54,606 nt of DNA from a virus (Duplodnaviria; Caudoviricetes), in IMG/VR virus record IMGVR_UViG_3300030107_003944, positions 1 through 54,606 of that record; one strand, 5' to 3'. A model generated the notes under the pieces. The model did no database searches, was not told the origin of the DNA, and saw only the letters and a list, made by a program, of their open reading frames with translations. How positions within the stretch are numbered: position 1 is the first letter of the stretch; every line of letters begins with the position of its first letter. Positions 26,843-36,368 of this stretch are shown here, piece by piece. A program made the position numbers and the translations under genes.

Positions 26843-29356
26843 TCAAACCTCACTCCAGCGATTACCGATGTCTGCTCCAGCGGTGTAATCAAGAAGAGGA
26901 TTCACTTTCCTACGTCGGTTCATGGCGTGTTCCAGAACTTCCGCAGCAAACTCAGCTTCTCCTTCGGGCACCTCTAAATAGAGAGCATCATGGCCATGAT
27001 TGATGAGCCACTCCACAGGAAGAGTTTCTCTTGGGGGATTGATCGCTTCTGTCGCAAACCAATCTTGGACCCCATAAATAAGTTCGAGCATCGCTTCATT
27101 CACAATCACCACACCTCCCGACTGGATGGGGTGATTCACAAGCTCATTGATCTTGTCTTCATTTCTAAAGTAGCGGCGACGGTCCCATAGAGAGTCGCCG
27201 ATAAACCCTTCTTTCCGATAGCGAGTTTCAATCATTCGCCACCAACGGGGGATCTCAGGGTCTGCTCTTTTCAGTCCTTCGACGACTTGACGGACGTCCT
27301 CAACCGTAAGGTGAGCGTAGAGGAGGTTTCCGTCGTCATCTTCGACCGAGACGATTTGCTCGTGGATACGTTTAGTAGAGGCGGCATACTGCCAAGCGTA
27401 CCGAGTGTTCTTTGTGATGTCTCGGGTTGCTTTGAAGGTCGCCTTGCCTTTCTCCTTACGATCACTGGGAGCCCCTTCGAGGTTCCAGATTCCTTTGCCA
27501 TATACGATCTCCATTGTTTCATTGTGTGGGTCGAGTCCCTCTCGAATAACTCGAAGGGAGTGTTTTGCTTGTGCCTCTTCTGCGATCAGCCGAAGCTCAA
27601 GTTGATCCATGTCTGCTCCGATGAGAACACACCCCTCCCGGGCAACAAAGATGTCCCGAAGAGAGTAGGGAATGTTCTGGGCATTTGGATTACTTGAGGA
27701 ATATCGGCCAGTTGCGGGGAGTCTGTTGTAGCTGGGATGAATCCGAGTGATCTGCTTTTCAATCAAAGGTCGGATGTAGGTGCCCAGGAGTTTCGTAACT
27801 TTTCGATAGGTTCGAACAGACTGGAGAAACTCTACTCTATCTTTGGACAAGCCATAGTGAACGATCATAGTTCGAAGTGTTTCGTCATCAGTAGAGGGAT
27901 CTCCTGTTTTCTCCGAGTAGTGATGAGGAGCGAGTCCCCATTTAGAGAAAAGAAGGTTTGCCATCTGTCTGGTGCTCTGAGGATTGAAGCCTTCTCCTAC
28001 GATGTCCTGACATCGACGAAGGTGGAGTTTTGATTCCGTATCCAACCTGAGCATGTGTTCAGTGGCTTTCCCTAAATCTACTCCCATCCCAACTCTTTCC
28101 ATCGTAGCGCCCAGGGATTGGAGCATGTGTTCCCGAGGAAGAAGATGCTGCTGTCTTCTCTTCTTCACATCCCGGGCAAGAGGGTTCGCGATTCGAGCCG
28201 TGACACAAACATCTTTTCCACAGTAGATATGAAGTTCTTCATCCGTCTTTGCCTGGACTGCTGTGTGGTCAGCCTTCCAAGCTTCCGGGTTGTCTGTATA
28301 AAATGAACCGACAAAGCCCAGGTTGTGAGGAAGTTCATTGTCCGCGAGGAGATGAAGTAAGATCGTGTCACAAGTAAGCTTTGGAGTGACCCCGAGCCAA
28401 GACTCTACGCAGAGGCGGTCGTACTGGCCTGCATTGTGTCCCAGAAGGAACACTCCAGGAAACTGAAAGAAGATTCTTAAGGCGTTTTCCAGCTCTCGAA
28501 TGATCTCCAAATCGGCTAAATATTCTCCATTGATTCCTCTAATCGCTACAACGAGAGCCTCCTTCTCTGTGCCGAGTCCTACACAACGAATGTTCGCTGT
28601 CATCGGATCAATCCCATCAGTTTCTAAATCGTAGGCGACGAAGTCTTTCTGGGTTCTCCAGCGTCTAAGAAACTCTTGGAGGACCTTGGGGTCTGTGGTT
28701 CTCGTAATCTCAGGCTCGGGCCAGTCTAAGGTCCCAGAAAAGAATCGAAACGCTTTTCTCAAGTCGTGCCGGAAGACTTCCCGGTAGGCTTGCTGGCGAA
28801 GAACCCAAGCGGGGTGCATGGTATACCCGACCTCCAAAGTCACTTCAGGATCCCAAGGGGCTGGCACGAGTTCGCATCCCCCTCGGATGTTCATGATTGA
28901 AACATCTCCCCCCCGGATTGCTTTCGCTGCTGTCTTTCCCAGACAGATGATTCGTTTGATTCCGGTAGCTTTCAGTTCTTCATAGAGAAGAGTCTTACAG
29001 GTATCGAAAGGACGTTGGAGGAGAACAGCCTCACTCTCACTCTCCCGGGCCTTCTTCACTCGCCTCTTGTTGATTCGAGAAACCTGAATGTTCACTGCCT
29101 CCAAATCATTCTTTGGAGGGCGACACCTAACAGTGTTTGCGATGTAACATCTGTCCCGAGGGATATTCAAAGCATTGAGAGCAGACTGGAGTTCCATTCC
29201 ACTCGGTCCAACGAAGGGTCTCCCCTCTACAGTCTCATGCATTCCTGGCGCTTCTCCGAGAATGATCACACGATCATCATCATGAGTTTCAGAGAGCACC
29301 GGGGCAGCGGCCCCGCCCTGACAGAGGGCGCAGTTTTTACAGATTGGATAAAACAT
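26843..29356 (-). CDS. polA: Family A DNA polymerase with N-terminal family-4 uracil-DNA glycosylase-like domain and 3'-5' exonuclease
   Basis: UDG: CKNCALC, GEAPG, GRPFVGPSG, RCRPP, HPA. Exo: YDLET, GHNAGQYD, YCGKD. Pol: TGRYSSSNPNAQNIP, ADMDQLELR, R..TK...Y...Y, HD. Confidence 0.92.
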   Translation of the reverse strand: MFYPICKNCALCQGGAAAPVLSETHDDDRVIILGEAPGMHETVEGRPFVGPSGMELQSALNALNIPRDRCYIANTVRCRPPKNDLEAVNIQVSRINKRRVKKARESESEAVLLQRPFDTCKTLLYEELKATGIKRIICLGKTAAKAIRGGDVSIMNIRGGCELVPAPWDPEVTLEVGYTMHPAWVLRQQAYREVFRHDLRKAFRFFSGTLDWPEPEITRTTDPKVLQEFLRRWRTQKDFVAYDLETDGIDPMTANIRCVGLGTEKEALVVAIRGINGEYLADLEIIRELENALRIFFQFPGVFLLGHNAGQYDRLCVESWLGVTPKLTCDTILLHLLADNELPHNLGFVGSFYTDNPEAWKADHTAVQAKTDEELHIYCGKDVCVTARIANPLARDVKKRRQQHLLPREHMLQSLGATMERVGMGVDLGKATEHMLRLDTESKLHLRRCQDIVGEGFNPQSTRQMANLLFSKWGLAPHHYSEKTGDPSTDDETLRTMIVHYGLSKDRVEFLQSVRTYRKVTKLLGTYIRPLIEKQITRIHPSYNRLPATGRYSSSNPNAQNIPYSLRDIFVAREGCVLIGADMDQLELRLIAEEAQAKHSLRVIREGLDPHNETMEIVYGKGIWNLEGAPSDRKEKGKATFKATRDITKNTRYAWQYAASTKRIHEQIVSVEDDDGNLLYAHLTVEDVRQVVEGLKRADPEIPRWWRMIETRYRKEGFIGDSLWDRRRYFRNEDKINELVNHPIQSGGVVIVNEAMLELIYGVQDWFATEAINPPRETLPVEWLINHGHDALYLEVPEGEAEFAAEVLEHAMNRRRKVNPLLDYTAGADIGNRWSEV

Positions 29357-29374
29357 AGTGTTGGGCTAAAAAGT

Positions 29375-29450
29375 GGAGACGGCGGGGGCCTGGTACAAAA
29401 CTCCGGTGAGGGCACGATGCCCTATTAGATATTTGAATCCCACCGCCTCC
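29375..29450 (-). ncRNA. Candidate structured RNA (12-bp closing stem plus internal hairpin)
   Basis: On the - strand GGAGGCGGTGGG pairs fully with CCCGCCGTCTCC using two G:U pairs, which become A:C mismatches on +. Internal hairpin AGGGCA-TCG-TGCCCT. Confidence 0.4.
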
Positions 29451-29460
29451 GGGAAAAGGA

Positions 29461-29516
29461 GAGTCACCACCGATTTTTTGAACACGCCCTTTTAGATTCG
29501 TGGTTGGCGGTGACTC
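29461..29516 (-). ncRNA. Candidate stem-loop directly 3' of the tRNA
   Basis: - strand GAGTCACCGCC / GGTGGTGACTC, 11 bp with one G:U. Confidence 0.4.
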
Positions 29517-29523
29517 ATAAGAA

Positions 29524-29596
29524 CTGGGGCAGCGGGACTTGAACCTGCAACTTCCTGATTAACAGTCAGGCGTTCTGCCAATTGAACTACACCCCA
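29524..29596 (-). tRNA. trnN: tRNA-Asn (GTT)
   Basis: Cloverleaf TGGGGTG-TA-GTTC-AATTGGCA-GAAC-G-CCTGA-CTGTTAA-TCAGG-AAGTT-GCAGG-TTCAAGT-CCCGC-TGCCCCA-G. No encoded CCA. Confidence 0.9.
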
Positions 29597-29672
29597 AAGA
29601 GTTGAGACATCTGTTTGACCACGGACATGCCTCCCTGCTCCGCCGATTTACCCCAAAAGGGTCAGGTCTAAG

Positions 29673-30200
29673 CTACTGCATTAGAAACTCAAAATCGTCA
29701 TCCGAGGACGTCGTAGCGACGGGGGCAGCAGGAGCGCCATTCGCCACTGTCTTCTCCGGCTCTACCACAAAGTTAGCAGGAGCAGGAGCAGCTTGAGCTT
29801 TCTTCATCTGATTGAAGTAGTTCTCATTGATGTAGCGATAATCAGGATAGCTTCCATCAACAGGACGACCGTTAGCACCCATATTTGGGGCGGTGTAGTT
29901 GAAGTAAACCGTCTTACCTGCGAGCTTGTCGAAGGGGAACTTAGTCTTCCCTTTCAACTTACCCTCGGGCACTCCAGCAGAAACCAGGAAGCCCATGAGG
30001 AAAGGCATCGCTTTAGGGTTCAGCGAGAAGCTGTCCTTGTGGCGAACGCCCTCTGTGATCATATAGACCAGCAGACGATTGGAATCTTCGTAGTGACGAA
30101 ACTCCAGGATTTGGGCCGAATGAAGACCCGTTTCAAGATAACCAATACCGGCTCCGGCTGGAGTGTGTCCGGTAAAGTCAAGTTCAATAGTTACAGACAT
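29673..30200 (-). CDS. Single-stranded DNA-binding protein (DUF669-like)
   Basis: 175 aa. Ala/Pro linker and acidic-aromatic tail SSDDDFEFLMQ. Follows the nuclease and Sak4-like ATPase. Confidence 0.65.
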   Translation of the reverse strand: MSVTIELDFTGHTPAGAGIGYLETGLHSAQILEFRHYEDSNRLLVYMITEGVRHKDSFSLNPKAMPFLMGFLVSAGVPEGKLKGKTKFPFDKLAGKTVYFNYTAPNMGANGRPVDGSYPDYRYINENYFNQMKKAQAAPAPANFVVEPEKTVANGAPAAPVATTSSDDDFEFLMQ

Positions 30201-30264
30201 TTGTGACTCCTAAGTCAGTCTGGGGGTGAAAACCCACAACACACACACGCGAGTGGGAAAGATG

Positions 30265-30318
30265 GGACCGGAGGTCGGAGAAACAAGCACAAAGGAAAAA
30301 GCTTGCGACCTCCGATCC
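30265..30318. other. Intergenic bulged stem-loop upstream of the SSB gene
   Basis: CGGAGGTCG / CGACCTCCG outer stem and CAAGC / GCTTG inner stem. Confidence 0.5.
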
Positions 30319-30319
30319 A

Positions 30320-31276
30320 CTAAACGAATAATCCTTCTTCTTCCTCGATGGGCCGAGAGAACAGTTCGAGAGCTTCAAAGGATTCATAATGCTTGAGAGT
30401 AGCTCTGTGAAGACCATCTTGGAGAGCCCACCGAATGTGGGGGACCTCTTTCTTGCCTTTAAGATTCTCGACGGCTTCTTTCAGAACCTCAGACCAGTTC
30501 TCGATACCACTCTCCAGAATCTTATCTGAGAGTTTCTGAGCGACTCCATCAATCCATTCCAGTCCTCTTGGGTATGGAATGAGATATCCTGCGGCTCGAA
30601 GACCTTCCGCGATATTCATCGGGGCCATGCCAGGAAAGACAGAGAGTCTGTCCCCTGAAACATAGTCAGGTTGAGGCTCGAAACAGAGTTGGTACTTCCA
30701 GGGAGCAGCGGTAGGTTCGAACATTGCTCGGCCAATCACATCGACCATGCCACTAAACTTTTCTGGAAGCTGACCGGGCAGTGAAGGACCACCGCGAACA
30801 AACTTACCGCTGCTGGTTCTGGGAGGTTGTTCATGGCAGTTGAAGATAACGATCATCCCCTGGGCAGTAGCCGCACGAGCGGCATTCCGACAGGCAAGAA
30901 CATCCCGAGTCAGAGCGGACCACATTCCACCCCGACCTTTTGAGGTCTCGTATTCATTGATCGTCGATTCTACAATCAAAGAGAAGTCATCAATCACAAT
31001 CGATGGGACTCTCTTCTTTTGAACGACGGCTGCTTCAATCGCAGCAGTGGCTTCTGGAACAGTCTGAGCTTCTGCTACCTTCAACTTCTCAAGTCCCAAG
31101 AATCTTTGGGCAGAGAGAAGACCTGCGGGGTCTCCGATGAAGAGTCCAGTTGCTCCGGCTGCTGCGGAAGCGATTGTTTTTCCGGCTTTACTTGGGCCGT
31201 AGAGGCAGATGAATACGCCCCCAGCAGGCGCACTGCTTCGGCCATTGGAGCCATTAGCTCCATTCTTGGTAGACAT
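30320..31276 (-). CDS. Sak4-like (AAA_24) recombination ATPase
   Basis: Walker A GPSKAGKT, Walker B IVIDD, FNCHE. Lies between the nuclease and SSB genes. Confidence 0.75.
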   Translation of the reverse strand: MSTKNGANGSNGRSSAPAGGVFICLYGPSKAGKTIASAAAGATGLFIGDPAGLLSAQRFLGLEKLKVAEAQTVPEATAAIEAAVVQKKRVPSIVIDDFSLIVESTINEYETSKGRGGMWSALTRDVLACRNAARAATAQGMIVIFNCHEQPPRTSSGKFVRGGPSLPGQLPEKFSGMVDVIGRAMFEPTAAPWKYQLCFEPQPDYVSGDRLSVFPGMAPMNIAEGLRAAGYLIPYPRGLEWIDGVAQKLSDKILESGIENWSEVLKEAVENLKGKKEVPHIRWALQDGLHRATLKHYESFEALELFSRPIEEEEGLFV

Positions 31277-31310
31277 GATTTTCTCCAAACACACACTTGG
31301 TTTATGAAAG

Positions 31311-31499
31311 CTAACACACTGGTTTTTTACTGGTCAACTGAATGACATCGATAATCTGGTCAAGGGTAGTAATCTTCTTGAGAACAGGATCCTGTTCATC
31401 CTCACTCTTCAGGCGACTTTGAAGTTCAGCACCAAAGAAGTGGAGAGCTTCAAGAACGACGGGCATTTCGTCCTCTGTGATTTTGAGTAGAATCATCAC
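31311..31499 (-). CDS. Hypothetical protein
   Basis: 62 aa, overlaps the nuclease stop. Confidence 0.6.
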   Translation of the reverse strand: MMILLKITEDEMPVVLEALHFFGAELQSRLKSEDEQDPVLKKITTLDQIIDVIQLTSKKPVC

Positions 31500-32308
31500 T
31501 CATCTCCAAAGCGACACAAGTCATAGGCATCGCACTGTCCGTACTTTCCAAAGCACGTCTGATTGTTTAGGGCCATTGGCCACTCTTCAATCGGCTTCCC
31601 ATCAAAGAGGGCTATCTTGCGCTCTCCTTCTTCAATGACTTGGACGAAGTGTTTGAGAGCTTGAGGAGCAGGTTCGAGAGGACGACGGTCAAAGTCAAAG
31701 GGAGGAGAGAGTTTGATTCTATTTACAAGAACTCCCGCAAACTTCTCTTTGTACCGAGCTTTCCCGAAGAGTTGGTATCCAATGAACTGTCCATCAAGAA
31801 TGTGTTGTCTAAGAGTTTTAGAGTTCAATCGATAAGCTGACTTGTGGTCAACAATCCAAACTCTCTCGTTCGCATCTTCAATGATTAGGTCTGCTCTTTG
31901 AGTATAGAGATGCTTCTTCTTTCCAAGATGAGCTTTGAGTTGGTGTTCAACATCGAGAACCTTCCACTCTTCAAAGTGCCAGTTGTGTCTATAAGCAAAG
32001 TAGGCATCTTGAATCTGAGAAATAGCTGACATCCAAAGAGGAGATTCATCCTGGTTCTTCTCAGCGAGAGCGACAATCGCATCTTCTGGAAGAAGCCAAT
32101 CATCTGGATTACCTCCAATCTGTTTCTCTTTCAATCTTTGGTAGTGGTGAGCCAAAGCAACATGAATCAAAGAACCATTTACGAGAGGAGCGGAGATCTT
32201 GAACTTCTTTCCACCGATCTCTCTCCACGCAAACAAACGTGGACATCTGATAACGTTCTGTATTCTGTGCCAACCCCTCTCAGAGGGTCCTGCATCGAGC
32301 AATTTCAT
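31496..32308 (-). CDS. PD-(D/E)XK exonuclease (RecB/Cas4-like, probable Fe-S cysteines)
   Basis: CPR...GSLIH; VE; ADLI; IVDHKS; QFIGY; C-terminal C..YGQC...DLC. Confidence 0.85.
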   Translation of the reverse strand: MKLLDAGPSERGWHRIQNVIRCPRLFAWREIGGKKFKISAPLVNGSLIHVALAHHYQRLKEKQIGGNPDDWLLPEDAIVALAEKNQDESPLWMSAISQIQDAYFAYRHNWHFEEWKVLDVEHQLKAHLGKKKHLYTQRADLIIEDANERVWIVDHKSAYRLNSKTLRQHILDGQFIGYQLFGKARYKEKFAGVLVNRIKLSPPFDFDRRPLEPAPQALKHFVQVIEEGERKIALFDGKPIEEWPMALNNQTCFGKYGQCDAYDLCRFGDE

Positions 32309-32326
32309 GAGCCTGTTCCTTCTTAT

Positions 32327-32354
32327 ATTATAGTCGAGTGAGCCTCAGATTCAA
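32327..32354 (-). promoter_or_regulatory. Sigma70-like promoter TTGAAT-N16-TATAAT
   Basis: Consensus -10 and near-consensus -35 just upstream of the nuclease gene. Confidence 0.6.
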
Positions 32355-32364
32355 CCCTCAAATG

Positions 32365-34017
32365 TCAAGTCGAGGTCAAGGCAGCCACGCGGGCCACTCT
32401 TTCCAGTAAACGTTCTGCTGCGCCTTCTGAAGTGTCTACACCGCCTAAAGCGTTCTCGACTTCTTCAGCAGCAACGTCTTCTCCGATCTCTCCAACATGA
32501 GGAAGTTTGTCCAAGAGAAGGTCTGCAACGTGTTCATCCGCAGTCGCTCGGGCAATGACATAGGAGACCAGAACTGGACGCTCTTGTCCCAAACGAGAGA
32601 AGCGGCCCTCCCATTGAATCACTTTGTCTGGAGTCCAGGGCAACATAGCAATGAGAGCGAGATCAGTATCTTGCAAGTCTACGCTCTCTCCCCATGCGTC
32701 TCCTGTTCCAACAAGAAGACAGGGACCGGGGTGAGCCATGTACTCGTGTCGAATCTTATCTCGATCTGTGGGATCAGTTCCACCGTGAGCCCACCACATT
32801 CCGCAACCTTCAATCTTCTCGGCTCCTTTTTTCAGTCGAGCAGCGAGGCGTTCACAATCTATCCGACGACCAGAGAACACGGTTACTTTCTGGCCTCCCT
32901 TCAGGGCAGTAATAATTCTCTCTTCAATGTAAGAATGCTTACGGGATGCAGCTTCCATAAGAAGGGTCTCGAAGTAACTCTCCTTGGCTTCTTCCCCTCC
33001 ACCTTTTAAGGCTTTTCTTGCCTTAGCCAGTTCTCTCTTCATAGCAGAGGGCTTGTCTTGATCAGAGATTTCTAAGCGAACTACTTCTCTCCTCTTCTTG
33101 GGCAAGTGCTTGTTCACTTCATCGCGTGTGACTCGAACCTTCACTTCCTGGAGACGGGACTTGAGTTCGTGAGGGTTACTCATTCCCAGGTACTCATAGC
33201 CATATCCATTGTGCTGTCCCGCGCAGTATCGGATACCGAACTGATGGAAACTTCCCCACTGCCAGGGCTCGATGATGTCGAGTTGAGTCCAGAGATCTCT
33301 TACTCTTCCGGGAATGGGGGTAGCAGTCAGTCCAAGCTTTCGAGGACACACGGCACTAATCCTCCGGGCAGAGTCCAGGCTGTTTCCCAGTCCATCGAAA
33401 CGAATAGAGCCATCGGGCATCACTGTGGCTTTCGTATGCTTTGGACGTCTCAGCCAATGAATCTCATCCCAGACGGAGACAGAAGGGCGAGCCTTTACGA
33501 TTTCGTCTACCCAGTATTTGATTGTTTCCCAGGCAGTAATGTACAGCTTGGTAGGATCAAGAGGGATTTCCCGAGAACGTTGTCCTGTGAGAAGGACAGG
33601 TTCCAAGACCGTATACCTCCGACATTGCTCGGCCCATGTTCCTCGGGCGGCGGCTTTGGTGATGACAAGTTTGATTCCCATCGGAGCGATTCCAATAGCG
33701 TAAACCAATCCAACGAGTGTTTTCCCAGCACCGGGGGGAGCCCACCCATGTGACCCGGGAACCGCGAATGCTTTACTGAGCATCCGTCGCTGGTGTTCCT
33801 TAGCGAATCCATTGAGGTCTTCCACCAGGAGTGGATTAGCTAAGAATCCCGACACGATCTCATCGGGAACTTCAGGAGGAACCGGGGACTCCCATCCTAA
33901 AACTGAATGACTATTCAGTGGAACTCGATACGTTCCATTCTTGTTTGTCCAGATTCCTGGAATATCTTCAGCACCCTCGGGCACACTTTTACAGAAGACG
34001 AACGGCCTGTTCTCCAT
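32365..34017 (-). CDS. SNF2-like superfamily 2 helicase
   Basis: PGAGKT, WDEIH, LTATP, GESVDLQ, QWEGRFSRLGQ. Start placed at MENRP after AAAGGAG. Confidence 0.88.
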   Translation of the reverse strand: MENRPFVFCKSVPEGAEDIPGIWTNKNGTYRVPLNSHSVLGWESPVPPEVPDEIVSGFLANPLLVEDLNGFAKEHQRRMLSKAFAVPGSHGWAPPGAGKTLVGLVYAIGIAPMGIKLVITKAAARGTWAEQCRRYTVLEPVLLTGQRSREIPLDPTKLYITAWETIKYWVDEIVKARPSVSVWDEIHWLRRPKHTKATVMPDGSIRFDGLGNSLDSARRISAVCPRKLGLTATPIPGRVRDLWTQLDIIEPWQWGSFHQFGIRYCAGQHNGYGYEYLGMSNPHELKSRLQEVKVRVTRDEVNKHLPKKRREVVRLEISDQDKPSAMKRELAKARKALKGGGEEAKESYFETLLMEAASRKHSYIEERIITALKGGQKVTVFSGRRIDCERLAARLKKGAEKIEGCGMWWAHGGTDPTDRDKIRHEYMAHPGPCLLVGTGDAWGESVDLQDTDLALIAMLPWTPDKVIQWEGRFSRLGQERPVLVSYVIARATADEHVADLLLDKLPHVGEIGEDVAAEEVENALGGVDTSEGAAERLLERVARVAALTST

Positions 34018-34034
34018 TGTCTTTTCTCCTTTGT

Positions 34035-36308
34035 TTATTCGGACGCAGTAGCGTTGGGCATCTCCAAGAGATTGTCTTGTTTCTTTGTGGGGAGTCCAAG
34101 GTAAGCTTGGAACTTCCTTCCTCCGGATTGAATCCACTGGACTCCAACCTTTGGAACTCCAATCAATGCCAACCTCAAAGTAGATTCGGGGCGAATGTCT
34201 CTTCTACCATTCCTCTCACACCATGTTCGATAGGAACCATAGAGAAGTTCACAGGGAATAATCCCCCGACCGATAGCAATGTCATTACTCGGCATCCCAA
34301 CATAGTCAGGACCTGGGGGATAATCAGAGAGAGTAGCTCCCGCACCAACCTCTGCAATGAGATCGACAAACTGATCCACACTTCCTCGGGATGCTTCTTG
34401 AAGAAGCTTGCGAGCCTTAGCAGAGTAGGGGCGAGCGATCAGACTGTAGTTTACTTCCATTGCGTGAAGGTGAGCAGCAAAGGCACGAACCTCCAAGGAA
34501 AAGGAGCGAGAGTATTTCCCCAGCTTAGGATTGAAACAGCCAGCGAGCATCTTTCGATACTCCCAATCACACTTCTCAGGCATTAGAACCGTGAAGCGGC
34601 GGTCATCCTTTTCCAGCATGAGAGGACGGCGGTCATTAGAAGTGAGCCACCAAGTCATTCGATTCTCAACTTCTGTTCGCGCAGCATAGGGAGCACGACA
34701 GGGAACTCGATCATCTGTGATGTAAGCCTTTAATGCAGGAATGACAGCATCACTATCCCGGGCACCAGAAACCGCGACCTCATCTGCTAAGACAAGAAGT
34801 CTTGTAACGTAGCTGGCGTTGAAAGAATCCTTGAGAGCACGATTGGAAACGATAGCTGAGTTTCTTTCTCCAACAGCAGCAGCAAGAACTCTTCCATACA
34901 TAGACTTACCAACACCCTGTTGCGGAGACATGCAGAGGACAGCAACCATTGAACGTCTCTCTGGACGTTGAACGATTGAGGCGCTCCAATGCATCAACCA
35001 CTCGACTGCTTTCTCATCTCCGCTACAGAGAACGTTGATGAGTTTCTCGATTCGATCCCACTTTCCTTCTAAAGGACGAATCTCAGGACGAGCATAAAGA
35101 TTGAGCATTGCTCCGAGACCATCTTCATAAACGGTGGGACCTCGGGAAGAATCACAAGTGAACCCATAAACCTGGCGAGAGAGAATGTGGTCAATCATAG
35201 CATTGACATGGTTCCCATCTAATCCATCAGAGAGCTTTCCAATGAGATGATTGAAGATGCCATCTTTTCTAAGAGGAGACCCAACCTGCCAAGCTCCTTG
35301 CTCTCTTCTATAGAAGACATTCTGAGGAGCATTGAAGACAATGTTCGAATCAATGTAGAACCTCAACTTCTCGGGCACTTCCTCAAGAAGTTCTTTTCTT
35401 TTGAGAACGGAGTGGGCTGCTCCTCTTGTCTTCTTCTTTCCATCTTTCTTATCTTTGGACCCACGAAGCCAGAACTGTTTCTTCTCGTGATCGTGTCTCT
35501 CACTGGTACACATGAGGAAAGCACGGCCATCATTCATCACACGAAGAAAGGCAGAACCGAAGGAAGCGTCTTCTTGAAAAGGACAGGCACACTTATGTTT
35601 TGCTGCACCAAGGGGAAGGATTTCTTCGACTGTTGCGACGTCCTTTCCATCTTCAGAGAGGACCAGCTTCGTAGAAGGAGTAAGGATCAAACCTCCTTCC
35701 GAAGAAGTCTTCGTTTCTTCTTTCGTATCTGCCATCAATGAATCCACACACAAGGGACTAAATGATACCTCTAAGAAGCTCTGAAAGGAAGAGCCAGTCC
35801 TACGAACCGGCACCGCATAAAGCCTCGCGATGTCACTGCATCCAGTATCTACTCCTTCTGTGTATCCGATCAGAGCCAAAGCTTCCTCTCGAACTGTAGG
35901 AAACTCCGAAGGATTGACAGGACGGGACAGGAAAAGAACCACTCGGTAACGCGGTTCTTCATCAGTATGGGACCAAGTAGTGTAGACGCAGTAGGCTACT
36001 TCTATAGTCTGAAGATGCTCTGCCATTCTCTCCGCGCTCCAACCTGGATGGTCGTAGTCGAATACGATGGCAGAGATCTGAAGAACGTTCCCATTGGCGC
36101 GTTTGCTCTTAGGTCCCTGAGTAGGAAACAGAGCAGGACTCCAGCAGTGCAGCTTGTTCTTTGGGAACTCTTTCTGTCTCCATGTCGGATCGGTAAAGAA
36201 TCTTTCCAGTTGCTGGGCGTTCTTGACAAGGATACTGGACGGGCGTACAGTGGTAAAGCCTCCCTGGAATAGACTCATGTTCCAGGGCAACCACTCAATA
36301 TCATTCAT
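34035..36308 (-). CDS. Primase-helicase (AEP-like N-terminus, SF3/DUF5906-like helicase)
   Basis: FDYD, YTTWSH, RYRVVL.L.RPV; Walker A QQGVGKS, LVLADE, LTSN, DDRRF. Confidence 0.82.
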   Translation of the reverse strand: MNDIEWLPWNMSLFQGGFTTVRPSSILVKNAQQLERFFTDPTWRQKEFPKNKLHCWSPALFPTQGPKSKRANGNVLQISAIVFDYDHPGWSAERMAEHLQTIEVAYCVYTTWSHTDEEPRYRVVLFLSRPVNPSEFPTVREEALALIGYTEGVDTGCSDIARLYAVPVRRTGSSFQSFLEVSFSPLCVDSLMADTKEETKTSSEGGLILTPSTKLVLSEDGKDVATVEEILPLGAAKHKCACPFQEDASFGSAFLRVMNDGRAFLMCTSERHDHEKKQFWLRGSKDKKDGKKKTRGAAHSVLKRKELLEEVPEKLRFYIDSNIVFNAPQNVFYRREQGAWQVGSPLRKDGIFNHLIGKLSDGLDGNHVNAMIDHILSRQVYGFTCDSSRGPTVYEDGLGAMLNLYARPEIRPLEGKWDRIEKLINVLCSGDEKAVEWLMHWSASIVQRPERRSMVAVLCMSPQQGVGKSMYGRVLAAAVGERNSAIVSNRALKDSFNASYVTRLLVLADEVAVSGARDSDAVIPALKAYITDDRVPCRAPYAARTEVENRMTWWLTSNDRRPLMLEKDDRRFTVLMPEKCDWEYRKMLAGCFNPKLGKYSRSFSLEVRAFAAHLHAMEVNYSLIARPYSAKARKLLQEASRGSVDQFVDLIAEVGAGATLSDYPPGPDYVGMPSNDIAIGRGIIPCELLYGSYRTWCERNGRRDIRPESTLRLALIGVPKVGVQWIQSGGRKFQAYLGLPTKKQDNLLEMPNATASE

Positions 36309-36321
36309 TGTTTGACTCCAT

Positions 36322-36368
36322 GGACTCCCGTCTCTTGTTCTTTCTCAGATCACAAGGGGCGGGAGTTC
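36322..36368 (+). other. 16-bp hairpin that folds fully only on the + (antisense) strand, just upstream of the primase RBS
   Basis: GGACTCCCGTCTCTTG / CAAGGGGCGGGAGTTC with three G:U pairs on +. Confidence 0.5.

Noticed and set aside
29375-29451. Second tRNA on the + strand (ends ...TTGAATCCCACCGCCTCCG)
   Set aside because: There is no pairing 5' T-stem strand, D-arm or anticodon arm. It folds better as a - strand hairpin.
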